From positions 1-64,000 of the forward strand of contig JBGASG010000009.1 in NCBI GenBank assembly GCA_044229845.1: a stretch of DNA of 64,000 nucleotides, written 5' to 3'. Of this stretch, positions 1 to 9,862 are shown piece by piece. Each line of letters opens with the position of its first letter. Position 1 is the first letter of the stretch. This DNA comes from Candidatus Obscuribacteraceae bacterium (lineage in GTDB: Bacteria > Cyanobacteriota > Vampirovibrionia > Obscuribacterales > Obscuribacteraceae). The notes beneath the pieces are model-generated. The model did no database searches, had not been told where the DNA came from, and worked only from the letters and a program-made list of their open reading frames with translations. The position numbers and the translations under genes were made by a program.

Positions 1-313
1 CCGGGGGGGGTCGCGCCAGGCCGTATCAGCGTTTGTGGTGCTGACGCAGATGACACCAATCGCGCCACCAAAGTCTTGACGCCTGAGCTGGCTGGCTGAT
101 TATCAGTGCCGGCACATTCAGTGCGCCGACACCGCCAAGCAAGATTAGACCGCCAAAGAAGTCATCGGTAAGGTCGCCGAAGACTGACATCCTCTTTGCC
201 GGACCATTCATCATTAAGGCTGTCCCGAGCACAGGACTGGGAAGCCCTAGATGTTGTGTGGTGTCGCCTATGTCATGCTCTGCTTATGCCTAGTCATCTG
301 CGGAGTAAAACTA

Positions 314-1126
314 ATGAAACTGTCGAATGCGCCGGTGGGCGTCGCCCTTAGCCTGACACTGCTCGTTGCGGTTGTTGCCAAGTCTAATGCCGCCGATACG
401 GTGCAGCTGCAATCGCAGCGCCTGACAACGCCGGCGACTTTGATCGCGCAAGGCGGCACCACGACGATCATCACCGAACCCGGTGCCACGGAGACAGTCT
501 ACGAAAAGAAGAGCACCACCGTAGATGGTGTCACTACCACTACTGAGACGACGACCACCAAAGTGGTGCCGGGCGTCGAGGTCACCACCGACGTCTTTGT
601 CACCACTCTCGAAGGGCGCCGCCTGCAACTGGAAAATGCCATCGCCGCAGGGCTGGCCGCCGGCACCATTACTAATGCGCAGGCGAAGATGTGGCGCGCC
701 GAATTGGATGGCATCGCGCGAGCGCAAGCCGAAGGGCGCTCGTCGTTGACTTACACCACCGCTTTGCCGCTGGCGATGTCGCTCGATTATCTGGGCAATG
801 CGGTCGCGGTTGTCACGCCGACTCTGGCGTATGTGCCCCTGATCAGCGGACAGCGCTTTATCGTCGCCGGTGGGCGCGTGATTATGTTGGACGATATGAT
901 GGTGCGGCGCGCCGAGTTGGAAAGCAAGATATCGCGCGAACTGGCTCTGGGACACATCTCCGGCAGTCAAGCCGGTGAACTGCGGCGCGAGATGACGCAA
1001 ATCGCCGTCGTTGAACGCGACCTGCGCACCAAGGACAACAATGACCTGACACCCAAGGATGGCAGCACGCTCTATAAGATGTTCGACAAGGTCGGCTCCA
1101 AGCTGGACGATTGGCGCAAGCACTAG
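314..1126 (+). CDS. Secreted hypothetical protein with Thr-rich linker and two helical repeats
   Basis: Signal peptide MKLSNAPVGVALSLTLLVAVVAKSNAA; GGAG upstream; internal repeat RRxxLExxI..(G)xI...QA..R.E at two positions. Confidence 0.8.
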   Translation: MKLSNAPVGVALSLTLLVAVVAKSNAADTVQLQSQRLTTPATLIAQGGTTTIITEPGATETVYEKKSTTVDGVTTTTETTTTKVVPGVEVTTDVFVTTLEGRRLQLENAIAAGLAAGTITNAQAKMWRAELDGIARAQAEGRSSLTYTTALPLAMSLDYLGNAVAVVTPTLAYVPLISGQRFIVAGGRVIMLDDMMVRRAELESKISRELALGHISGSQAGELRREMTQIAVVERDLRTKDNNDLTPKDGSTLYKMFDKVGSKLDDWRKH

Positions 1127-1131
1127 GCCCC

Positions 1132-1267
1132 GCGCGCCGCTGCAATATACCGTATTGGTATGCCAATCTCGATTTGGCATACCATTAGCGTATGCTGACC
1201 TCGCGCCGCCGCAAAATACCGTATTGGTATCCCAATTTCGATTTGGCATACCAATACGGTATTTTGC
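1132..1267. repeat. Tandem pair (69-bp period) of palindromic units, REP-like; may double as a terminator
   Basis: Copy 2 (1211-1267) has perfect 20-bp inverted arms gcaaaataccgtattggtat / ataccaatacggtattttgc; copy 1 (1142-1195) is a degenerate version. Confidence 0.85.
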
Positions 1268-1380
1268 TGTCGGGTCGGTTCTTTCCCTGCAAGGGACGGA
1301 ACAAGAATTCCTCCGCCTCAGTCACTTTTGGCGTGGCTTTCAATAGGACAGGCTCAACTGGAAACTGAAGAGGAATCACT

Positions 1381-1935
1381 ATGAGACGCGCTACTGCAAA
1401 GAAATCAGAACCAACTCCGGTAACCGCTGAAGAGAAAGACATCATGCATGTCCTTCACAAGGAGCACATGCTGGTATCAAATCTGTTTTTCGAATTCAGT
1501 CAGGCAAAAACCAGCAAGCAGAAAAAAGAACTGGTGACTAAAATCATCGACGAGCTGATGGCGCACGCCGAAGTCGAGCAGAAGGTGGTGTATTCGGCAC
1601 TGCGCAAAGACGGCGATGATGTCGAAGAGATCATGGATGAGGCTGACACAGAGCACCATGTCATCGAGCTTCTGATCGGCGAGCTTTCCAAAATGGAACC
1701 CAAAGATGACTACTACGACGCTAAAGTCACCGTGCTTTGCGAAGTGGTGAAGCATCACGTCGATGAGGAAGAGAAAGAAATCTTCGAGAAGCTCGAAGAC
1801 TCGGACCTCGACGCCGAGGAGCTGGCGCAGAAGTATCTGCAGGCGAAAGCCGCGTTCAAGCAAAAGCGCTCGTTGCGTCTGGTGAAGTCGGCGCCGACTG
1901 CTCGCCGCACCGCCGGTAAGCGCGCCGCTAAGTAG
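1381..1935 (+). CDS. Hemerythrin (HHE cation-binding) domain protein with basic tail
   Basis: EH..HAEVEQ..EHH..HHVDEEE motifs; GAGGA RBS. Confidence 0.85.
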   Translation: MRRATAKKSEPTPVTAEEKDIMHVLHKEHMLVSNLFFEFSQAKTSKQKKELVTKIIDELMAHAEVEQKVVYSALRKDGDDVEEIMDEADTEHHVIELLIGELSKMEPKDDYYDAKVTVLCEVVKHHVDEEEKEIFEKLEDSDLDAEELAQKYLQAKAAFKQKRSLRLVKSAPTARRTAGKRAAK

Positions 1936-2128
1936 GTAGGCGACGATAATCGTGAGCTTCTGATGTCCTTTATGGGCGTCAGAAGCTTAACATTTGGCGA
2001 ATTTGCCCTTGCATAAGGCACAGCTCGGACACCCGGACGTCACAAGTTATATGAAGCGCGAAGCAGGTCTCGAAAGGCTTGCGAAAGCGACTTTTGGCAT
2101 ACTGGAATTGGAAGCTCTGGCATTGGCG

Positions 2129-4333
2129 ATGAACCCCGTAGTACTGCTTTTAGATGATGATGCGTCCTTCCGGACCTTGCTCTCGCGCATACTCTTGATC
2201 GGCGGCTATGCAGTCGTCGAGGCCGGCACGGTTGCGGAGGCTCTGTCTGTGCTCGAGACGCATCAGGTGGCGCTGGCGGTTGTGGACTTCCGTCTGCCCG
2301 ACGACAATGGCATGTCTTTTGTGTCCCGCATGCGCGACATGGGCAACTACGCCCCGGTGGTGTTTCTCTCCAGCGCTCACCTTGATAGACAGTCGTTTGC
2401 CCATTTGAGAAACATCCTGCGAGTCTCGCTGATTCTGCAGAAGCCGCTCGACCCGCAACTGTTTCTTCACCAGATCGAAACGTTGCTGCCGGCGCCTGAC
2501 CATGCGCCTCTCGACGTGATCAATACCTCTATTGAGACAGCCTTCACCACGCAGTCCCACAGTAGGCCGCAAGCCGAGCCGCACCAAGCTGATCGGGCCA
2601 GCGCCGGCTACGTGCCCGGACATACCGCTGACCCGCAGAGCGAGAGCCACGCCGAGCAGTTGCGTACACAGGCTGAACTCGAAAACACGATTCGCCGGGC
2701 GCAGCGCGACCTGGCTGCCGACCTGCCGGAGTTGTGGCGCAATCTGGCGCGGCAACTGCGAGAAGTGCAGCACGACCTGCACAATGCTCGCCGCCGCTAC
2801 GAACTTTACACCTTCGTCCACGAGCTGCGCATGAGCGCCCAGGGGCTGGGGCTGGAGAAAGTGGCGCAGGCTGCCGGCAAAATCGAAGGCTACACCAAAC
2901 TGATCGACCCCTCGGACATGTCCGGCAACGACGTGCTCTGGTTGGAGATTTTTCGTGCCCTGGCGGACGGCGAAGGGGCGTTGCGCAGCGTCACGGATAG
3001 TTCTGAACATGCCGCACATCAAGATCCGGTGCAGGCAGGAAACGTTTTGCTGGTCGGCGGCGCCAATACTCTGCAACCGCCCGCGGTTTATGTTAAACCT
3101 GCCGTCGAGGCAAAAATTACCTTTAGCAACAATCCTCAGGAGGCGGCTCTCAAAGCAACGCAGCTCCAACTCGATGCGGCTGTCCTCGATGTGGCTGCCT
3201 TCGGCAAGCAAGCCTGCTTTGCTCTGGCGGGCGAGGTGCGCTCTATGAAGCAGAATGCGGCGCTGCCCACGGCGTTCATCCTGCCCGATGGTGGTGCCCT
3301 CTCGGAAATGGAACGGCTCTATTACGGCTGTTCTGTTTCGTTGACTGCGCCGGTGTCGCAGCAGCAACTGGAAACATGTCTGGTGCGGCTCTCGACATTG
3401 AATCAATCGAGCGACGCGCGCGTGCTGGTGGTCGATGACGATCGCGTTTTGACTACACTCATCGAACGCGTGCTCGGCAGCTACGGCATGACCGTCTACG
3501 CGCTCAACGAGCCGATTCGCATTATTGAAACTCTCGAACGTGTGCAGCCCGACTTGATATTGTTGGATGTGATCATGCCCGGTTTGAGTGGCTATGATCT
3601 CTGCCGCACGCTGCGTGCCACTGATAAATGGAGCAAGATCCCGATTGTCTTTCTGACCTCCAAAAGTGATGCAGCCGGACGGCAGGCGGCATTCCAGGCT
3701 GGTGGCAGTGACTTCCTCGCCAAGCCGATTTTGAGTGACGAACTGCTGGTGCGCGTGCGCATGCAATTGCAACGAGCCCGCGATGAGCAAGAACGCGACA
3801 ATGCAGACAGTGCCACCGGCTTGCTCAACGAGCGCGCGTTTCTGGCGCGCGCCGATCAAGTGTTTATTGATGCGGGGCGCAGCAGCGAAGAGCTGAGTCT
3901 GTGTTTCGTCGAGATAGAAGATTTCGAGAGGCTGCAAGAGCATGGCACCTTTGCAAAGATGAATGCTCTGGCTACGCTCGGCAAGTTGTTGCGGGCGCGC
4001 TTTCCGGCTGAGGTTTTGCGCGGACGTCACGGGCATGCCGGCTTTGCGCTGATCTTCCGCAAAGAGCAAAGCAGCGTGGTTGGCGCAGCTCTGGACATGC
4101 TGAAGCGCGAATTCGGCGCGCTCAAAATGTCCAGTCCCGGCGGCGGTAACAAGCCGTTTTCAGCGCAGGCTGTGACATCAATCGCCAGCTATCCGCAACA
4201 CGGCACGTCGCTGAAGGCGCTCCTGGAGCACGCCGCGACGCAGCTGCATGCTCCGGGACCGCGCAGCGCCATCCGCCCCAACCGGCTTTATCTGCCGCTA
4301 CCAGGCGGCGGGCGGGTTTTCGACCTGGTATAA
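2129..4333 (+). CDS. Multidomain response regulator REC-HPt-REC-REC-degenerate GGDEF
   Basis: LLLDDD/VVDFRLPD receiver; VHELRMSA HPt; VLVVDDD/LLDVIMP receiver; DSATGLLNER followed by RHGHAGF in place of GGDEF. Confidence 0.85.
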   Translation: MNPVVLLLDDDASFRTLLSRILLIGGYAVVEAGTVAEALSVLETHQVALAVVDFRLPDDNGMSFVSRMRDMGNYAPVVFLSSAHLDRQSFAHLRNILRVSLILQKPLDPQLFLHQIETLLPAPDHAPLDVINTSIETAFTTQSHSRPQAEPHQADRASAGYVPGHTADPQSESHAEQLRTQAELENTIRRAQRDLAADLPELWRNLARQLREVQHDLHNARRRYELYTFVHELRMSAQGLGLEKVAQAAGKIEGYTKLIDPSDMSGNDVLWLEIFRALADGEGALRSVTDSSEHAAHQDPVQAGNVLLVGGANTLQPPAVYVKPAVEAKITFSNNPQEAALKATQLQLDAAVLDVAAFGKQACFALAGEVRSMKQNAALPTAFILPDGGALSEMERLYYGCSVSLTAPVSQQQLETCLVRLSTLNQSSDARVLVVDDDRVLTTLIERVLGSYGMTVYALNEPIRIIETLERVQPDLILLDVIMPGLSGYDLCRTLRATDKWSKIPIVFLTSKSDAAGRQAAFQAGGSDFLAKPILSDELLVRVRMQLQRARDEQERDNADSATGLLNERAFLARADQVFIDAGRSSEELSLCFVEIEDFERLQEHGTFAKMNALATLGKLLRARFPAEVLRGRHGHAGFALIFRKEQSSVVGAALDMLKREFGALKMSSPGGGNKPFSAQAVTSIASYPQHGTSLKALLEHAATQLHAPGPRSAIRPNRLYLPLPGGGRVFDLV

Positions 4334-4377
4334 CCGGGCAAAAGACCAGTGTAGCTTGTGATTTCGGTTTTTCGGGC

Positions 4378-6132
4378 ATGAGCAAGTCGGTCGCCAAAAC
4401 AGTTCAGTTACTTGCGCTGCCGCTGGCTATTCAGCTGGCGGTGGTCGTTGTTTTGTGCTGGCGGCACCATGAAGATATGCAGGTGCAGCAGCGCAACATC
4501 GAACGCATCGGGTTGGCCGCCCAGATCAATGCTCTGGCTGGAGCCTTGGCTGGATTGGTCGACAAACAGCCGAGCGGATTTGCTCGCTCCGGGCGCGACC
4601 TCGTGCAGCATTTGCAAGAAACAGCTGCCAAGCCGGCTGTCCATGAGTTTTTCGATGCTAACGATTACAAGATGGCGCTTGCCGAGTTGAGTGATATTGA
4701 AGACCTGTCCGCCAAAGGCCAGGATTCGTTTGCCGGCAGTTATCGTCATCAACTGGCTTTGTTTGCCGAAGGGCAAACTTCGCGGGCATCGCAGGTGATG
4801 GCACAGTCGGGCAACGCCGCGACCGAGTCGCAATTGACGTTTATCTACTGGTGCATCGGCGGTGTGGTGCTGGATGCCGCTGCGCTCATCTGGTGCATAG
4901 CGCAGTTTAACTTCACCGCCGCCAAGCGCCTCAATATCATCAGTGACAATACCGAACGTCTGCAGCACGGCATGACGCTCAACACGCTATTCTCCGGAAC
5001 CGACGGCTTCGCTCAGCTCGACAAGCGATTTCATGATATGGCGGATTCGCTGGAGAAAGCGCAAGACCGATTGCGCAAGGGCGAGGCGCGCTTTCGCCGC
5101 GTGCTGGAGAACATGCCTGTCGGTGTTTTGCTTGCAACCACAAGCGGTATCGTCGAGTCTGCCAATCCCCGCGCCTGCGAAATTTTGGCGTGCTCGCACG
5201 GACGTATCTCGGGCAAGCCGGTATCGGAGTTTTTGCTTTTCCCGGTCGAACAGTCTTTAGAGTCGATCGCCAACAACGAGCGCACCAGTTTGATCAAAGG
5301 TGTCCGCGACGACCGCACCGGATTTAGTGCCGAGATTCACGTCTCCAAATACCGCGACGAGTCTGGTGAGAAACTTTTGATCAGCTTTGAAGATGTCACC
5401 TGGCGCATCGAACTGGAGCGCATGAAGCGTGAGTTCATGGCCATGATCAGCCACGACATTCGCACACCGCTCACCTCCATCAGCGCCACGCTGGGCATGC
5501 TCTCTGCCGGTGGTTTCGGTGACCTGTCCGATGATGCAATGAAGCGTATCGAGAAAGACGAGGACAGCCTCGAGCACCTGATGCGTTTGCTGAACGACTT
5601 GCTGTCTATAGAAAAGATCGCCTCTACCAATTTTGCGTTGCAGAAGACGGCGACCACGACGGCAAAAGTTGTGGAGCGCACGCTGGCGGTTGTGTCGCCG
5701 ACGGCGCGGTCGCGGCAGATTGATGTATCGATTGCCGGCACGCACACCCGCATCTTCGCTGATGAGGACCGCATGGTGCAGGTGTTGACTAATCTATTGA
5801 CGAACGCATTGAAGTTTTCGCCGGACGGCGGCACTGTCACGGTGGCTATCGAAAATCTTGAGGAGGGCGTGCGACTGCAGGTGACCGACCAGGGCTGCGG
5901 CATTGCTGAGACCGACCAGGCGATGATCTTCGAATCGTTCGGGCAGGTGCAATCTAAAGAGTTTGCCGGTGCCAAGGGTATGGGGCTTGGACTGGCAATC
6001 TGCAAGCAGATTATTGTGTTGCACGGCGGGCAGATTGGGGTCACCAGCGCCGAAGGAAAGGGCACCACATTCTGGCTGACCATTCCGCATTCTTCATCTA
6101 TGCAGTTGTCGTCGTCGCCTCCGGCGAGATAA
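4378..6132 (+). CDS. Membrane sensor histidine kinase (2TM-HAMP-PAS-HisKA-HATPase)
   Basis: SHDIRTPL H-box, NLLTNALKF N-box, DQGCG, GMGLGLAI. Confidence 0.95.
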   Translation: MSKSVAKTVQLLALPLAIQLAVVVVLCWRHHEDMQVQQRNIERIGLAAQINALAGALAGLVDKQPSGFARSGRDLVQHLQETAAKPAVHEFFDANDYKMALAELSDIEDLSAKGQDSFAGSYRHQLALFAEGQTSRASQVMAQSGNAATESQLTFIYWCIGGVVLDAAALIWCIAQFNFTAAKRLNIISDNTERLQHGMTLNTLFSGTDGFAQLDKRFHDMADSLEKAQDRLRKGEARFRRVLENMPVGVLLATTSGIVESANPRACEILACSHGRISGKPVSEFLLFPVEQSLESIANNERTSLIKGVRDDRTGFSAEIHVSKYRDESGEKLLISFEDVTWRIELERMKREFMAMISHDIRTPLTSISATLGMLSAGGFGDLSDDAMKRIEKDEDSLEHLMRLLNDLLSIEKIASTNFALQKTATTTAKVVERTLAVVSPTARSRQIDVSIAGTHTRIFADEDRMVQVLTNLLTNALKFSPDGGTVTVAIENLEEGVRLQVTDQGCGIAETDQAMIFESFGQVQSKEFAGAKGMGLGLAICKQIIVLHGGQIGVTSAEGKGTTFWLTIPHSSSMQLSSSPPAR

Positions 6133-6219
6133 CTCGGGGTGGGTGTAAAAGCGCGCCTGGGAAAAGGTCCCGGAATACCGGGCGCCGGGCAAGCGGCGAT
6201 CACAAATGGCGTTTTTGCC

Positions 6220-6254
6220 CTGGTAAAGTCTCGGTAACCTGTAAGTGGTACCTT
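6220..6254 (+). promoter_or_regulatory. GGTAA direct-repeat box plus extended -10 (copy 1)
   Basis: CTGGTAAagtctCGGTAA-N8-TG-g-TACCTT, ending 7 nt before the GH30 ATG. Confidence 0.65.
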
Positions 6255-6261
6255 ATAGGGC

Positions 6262-7734
6262 ATGGTGAAACTCTCGACCAGATTTGTAGTTTTGTTGGCG
6301 CTCGGCGGACTTCTTTCCTCGCCCGGAAAGGCAGTCGCCGGAACGCCAGAGGAAAATATTGCTTTGGCTATGCCGCCTGCCCCTGGTAAACACACAGAAG
6401 TCGCGCCGTCTCCTCTGACCGCGACCGTCACCGCCGCCAGCAAGCGCGCCAGCAAGGATCCGTCCCCGCTGCGCTGGCAAAAGCTGGCTCCCAAAGCGAT
6501 ACTGACTGACGCGGTCGTGGTGAACCCCAACAAGACCTTCCAGACCATTGACGGTTTTGGTGGTGCGTTCACTGACAGCGCGTGCTTCGTATTCAACAGA
6601 ATGCCGGCGCCGGCGCGCAAAGAACTGTTTCACCAGCTTTTTGATCCCTCGCAGCTCAACCTGAACGTGTGCAGAACCTGCATCGGCGCGAGTGACTACG
6701 CGACGGAAGCGTACAGCTACTGCGAGGGGCAACCCGATCCAAAGATGGAGCGCTTTTCTATAGCGCACGACGAGAAGTGGATCATTCCGATGATCAAAGA
6801 AGCGCGGCAAGTTAATCCGCAAATGCGGATTTTTGGCTCGCCGTGGAGTCCGCCTGGTTGGATGAAGTCGAACAAGTCGATGCTCGGCGGCAGCATGCAG
6901 CGCAAGTACATGTCGGCGTATGCGCAGTACTTCGCCAAATTTGTTCAGGCTTATGAGAAACATGGTGTGCCGATCGCCAGCGTGACGGTGCAAAACGAAG
7001 TTGACACCGATCAAGATGGTCGTATGCCGGCGTGCGCCTGGCCGCAGGAGTACGAATGCGACTTCGTCGCCCACGAACTGGGTCCGACCTTCGAACGCGA
7101 GAAGATCAAAACCAAAATCTGGATCATCGATCATAACTACAATATGTGGGGTCGTGCGCTGGCATCCATGGAAGATCCGCCCGTGCGCAAGTACGTGAGC
7201 GGTATTGCGTGGCATGGCTATATGGGCGATCCCGGCAAGATGACTGTGGTGCACGATGCCTATCCTAACCTCGGTATGTACTGGACCGAAGGTGGACCGG
7301 ACATCAACGACAAAAATTACGCCAGCGATTGGAGTAAGTGGAGTTCGCAGTTCACGGGCATTTTGCGCAACTGGTCCAGTTCCGTCACCGTCTGGAACCT
7401 CGCCCTCGACGAAGCGGGCAAGCCGAATATCGGTCCCTTCTCCTGCGGTGGGCTGGTGACGGTCGACTCCAAGACCAATGCCGTCACTTATAGCGGTCAA
7501 TACTGGGCTCTGTCGCAGTTTGCATCGCATGTGAAGCACGGCGCCGTGCGCGTCGATTCACAGGGCACCATCACCGGTGTGTCGCACGTAGCGTTCAAAA
7601 ATCCCGACGGCAGCTATGTCGCGGTGGTCACCAATGAAGGCACGGCGCCGCACACGATCAACCTGCTTCTGGGGGACCACGTGGCAAAACTGGATTTGCC
7701 GGCTGACTCGGTGACGACATACACCTGGCACTGA
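6262..7734 (+). CDS. Glycoside hydrolase family 30 (glucosylceramidase-like), secreted
   Basis: FQTIDGFGGAFTD, SPWSPPGWMK, TVQNE acid/base, WTE nucleophile, AFKNPDG; signal peptide. Confidence 0.93.
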   Translation: MVKLSTRFVVLLALGGLLSSPGKAVAGTPEENIALAMPPAPGKHTEVAPSPLTATVTAASKRASKDPSPLRWQKLAPKAILTDAVVVNPNKTFQTIDGFGGAFTDSACFVFNRMPAPARKELFHQLFDPSQLNLNVCRTCIGASDYATEAYSYCEGQPDPKMERFSIAHDEKWIIPMIKEARQVNPQMRIFGSPWSPPGWMKSNKSMLGGSMQRKYMSAYAQYFAKFVQAYEKHGVPIASVTVQNEVDTDQDGRMPACAWPQEYECDFVAHELGPTFEREKIKTKIWIIDHNYNMWGRALASMEDPPVRKYVSGIAWHGYMGDPGKMTVVHDAYPNLGMYWTEGGPDINDKNYASDWSKWSSQFTGILRNWSSSVTVWNLALDEAGKPNIGPFSCGGLVTVDSKTNAVTYSGQYWALSQFASHVKHGAVRVDSQGTITGVSHVAFKNPDGSYVAVVTNEGTAPHTINLLLGDHVAKLDLPADSVTTYTWH

Positions 7735-7745
7735 TTCAGTAGAGC

Positions 7746-9860
7746 TTAGAGCCGGCTGGTTTTTGCGAGCGCATCGGCCTGGGCGCCTCGACCGAGAGCC
7801 CGCAGGACTTTGATATACTCGCGCACCGCCATTTGATATTCGGCGCTTTCCGGTTTGTGGGTGCGCGCCAGTTGCTGCGCCGCTTGCTTCAAAGTTGACT
7901 CAGCCTGCGCATAGTGCTTTGACTCTTCCTGATATGTGCCTTTGCAGAGAAGCAATTCATTCGTCAACCAGAAACCCTCGGTTTTCCCAAACGCCACCGA
8001 CTCTTTAATTGCCTTGTCGATCAATTCCAGTGCACCGGCATAGTCATGTTGAAGGTCGGCAACGGCCGCCGCGGCGCGCAGCACATCGATGCGCAGCTCC
8101 GGGTTCGTGTCTTTGTTCATGGCGGCGATGGCTTGCTCGCTGGCTTGCCGCGCTTCCTGCAGTTTGCGCTGCTTCGCATAAAGATTGGACAGATCGTAAT
8201 AGGCCTGCACTTTTGTCTCGTCCCTCTGCTTCGGATCTTTATATGTTGCCAGCAGTCTTTTGAAGTCAGCTTCCGCTTTTTCATTCTCGCCGCGAATTCC
8301 TTCGCACACAGCTTCTTTGTTGACTGCGTCGCGATACTCTTTAGTGCTCTCTCCAAATCGTTCTTTCGCGAGCACGCTGTACTGCGCGTAATGTTCGATG
8401 GCCTGGTCTTCTTTCTCGGCCCGCATCAATGCCTCCGCAGCGTTCTTGTGCGCCTGCATCAACTGATCAATATTCGAACCGGCAAGTTTCTTCTCGGCGG
8501 CAAAGATGAACGGCACCTGCGCGCCGGAGTCGGACAGGCGCACGCTATTGATGTAGTACGCTGCCAGGGCTTTGCGTAATGCCACCATATCGGGGGAGTA
8601 TTGTTTTCCGTCCTTATCCAGTCCATCTATGGCTCGCAGAATCACTCGCTCTGCCACAACCAGGCTGCCGGTTTTGCGAAGCTCGTCAAATTCGTCGAGC
8701 ACCTTCTGGGTCGACGGCTGAATTTGTTTGCTTGCCGCCGCAACGGGTGGTCCGTCAATAGCAGGTGTCGACACAGATAATTGCACGACCTTGAAGATCA
8801 GCGCCCCGACTGCCAGCACGACGGCCAATCCGGCGGCAACCAGCACAACTTTTTTTATTGACTCTCTAGGTACGAGCGGAGCTCTCTCCGGTTTCAATGC
8901 GCCTGCCGCAATGCGTTCGATCTCTGCTTCCAATTCGTCCATTGTTTGATAGCGGTCGGCGGGTTCTTTTTGCAGGCACTTCAAAGTGAGCTCGCGCAGC
9001 ACGAAAGGCACCACATAATTGCCGGTCGTCAACGGACCGGGATGGCTGACCAGGTGGTTTTGCATGGTTTCGAATGCGGTGCGCCCATCGATGGCGCGTT
9101 TGCCCGTGAGCATCTCGAAAATCACGCACCCAAATGAATAGATGTCCGACCGAGCATCGAGCACGTCGCCGCGCACTTGCTCCGGGCTCATGTATGCCGG
9201 AGTCCCGATGGCGTGCCCGGTGGCGGTCAGCTCTTCACCCGCTGTGTCCAGCGCTTTCGCCAGCCCGAAATCGATGATTTTGACCTGCTCGCCCTCTGCC
9301 GTTTCCAGGACCATGATGTTGCCCGGCTTCAAGTCGCGATGCAACACTCCTTGATGGTGAGCGGCTTTCATGCCGGCGGCAATCTGCTTGATCAAAGTGA
9401 GGGCGCGCGATTCAGGAGACAGGCGGCCGCCCATCAGAATGTCGCTGAGATTTTTTCCTTCGACGTTCTCCAGCACCAGATATGGTTGCCCGGTGGCGAG
9501 AATGCCGCAGTCATAGACTGTGCAGATATTTGGATGATTCAGTCCGCTGACCAGCTGCGCTTCCTGTTCGAAACGCTTGATACGCTCGATGGTTGACACC
9601 AGGTCGGATCGCAACAGTTTGAAGGCTGCCGTGCGGTTGAGCGGGATGTGCTTGGCCCGATAAACGGTACTGCAGCCGCCGGTTCCGATTATTTCCAGCA
9701 ATCTGAACTTGCCGTCGATGACTTTGCCTGCCAGCTCGTCGTTGGTGACCGGCAGAAGCTCCGTGCCATCGTCTTGACACATGACCAGGGAGTCTTCCGG
9801 CGAATACCTGCGGTCGCACACCGGGCAGAATTTCTCAATCGTGATGCGCGCCGACTCCAT
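7746..9860 (-). CDS. Ser/Thr protein kinase with N-terminal Zn ribbon, TM and TPR-like C-terminus
   Basis: CPVC..CQDDG; GTGGCSTV, HRDLKPGN, DFG, GTPAYMSPEQ; TM; helical repeats. Confidence 0.95.
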   Translation of the reverse strand: MESARITIEKFCPVCDRRYSPEDSLVMCQDDGTELLPVTNDELAGKVIDGKFRLLEIIGTGGCSTVYRAKHIPLNRTAAFKLLRSDLVSTIERIKRFEQEAQLVSGLNHPNICTVYDCGILATGQPYLVLENVEGKNLSDILMGGRLSPESRALTLIKQIAAGMKAAHHQGVLHRDLKPGNIMVLETAEGEQVKIIDFGLAKALDTAGEELTATGHAIGTPAYMSPEQVRGDVLDARSDIYSFGCVIFEMLTGKRAIDGRTAFETMQNHLVSHPGPLTTGNYVVPFVLRELTLKCLQKEPADRYQTMDELEAEIERIAAGALKPERAPLVPRESIKKVVLVAAGLAVVLAVGALIFKVVQLSVSTPAIDGPPVAAASKQIQPSTQKVLDEFDELRKTGSLVVAERVILRAIDGLDKDGKQYSPDMVALRKALAAYYINSVRLSDSGAQVPFIFAAEKKLAGSNIDQLMQAHKNAAEALMRAEKEDQAIEHYAQYSVLAKERFGESTKEYRDAVNKEAVCEGIRGENEKAEADFKRLLATYKDPKQRDETKVQAYYDLSNLYAKQRKLQEARQASEQAIAAMNKDTNPELRIDVLRAAAAVADLQHDYAGALELIDKAIKESVAFGKTEGFWLTNELLLCKGTYQEESKHYAQAESTLKQAAQQLARTHKPESAEYQMAVREYIKVLRALGRGAQADALAKTSRL

Positions 9861-9862
9861 CG

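Noticed and set aside
26..232. 68-aa minus-strand ORF
   Set aside because: No RBS or motif; cannot be supported beyond a hydrophobic stretch
1132..1267. Possible CRISPR array
   Set aside because: Only two degenerate units, no spacer series, no cas genes
2150..4069. 639-aa minus-strand ORF (and similar long antisense ORFs such as 14998-16425 and 6253-7539)
   Set aside because: Shadow frames of clear genes in GC-rich DNA, with no motifs
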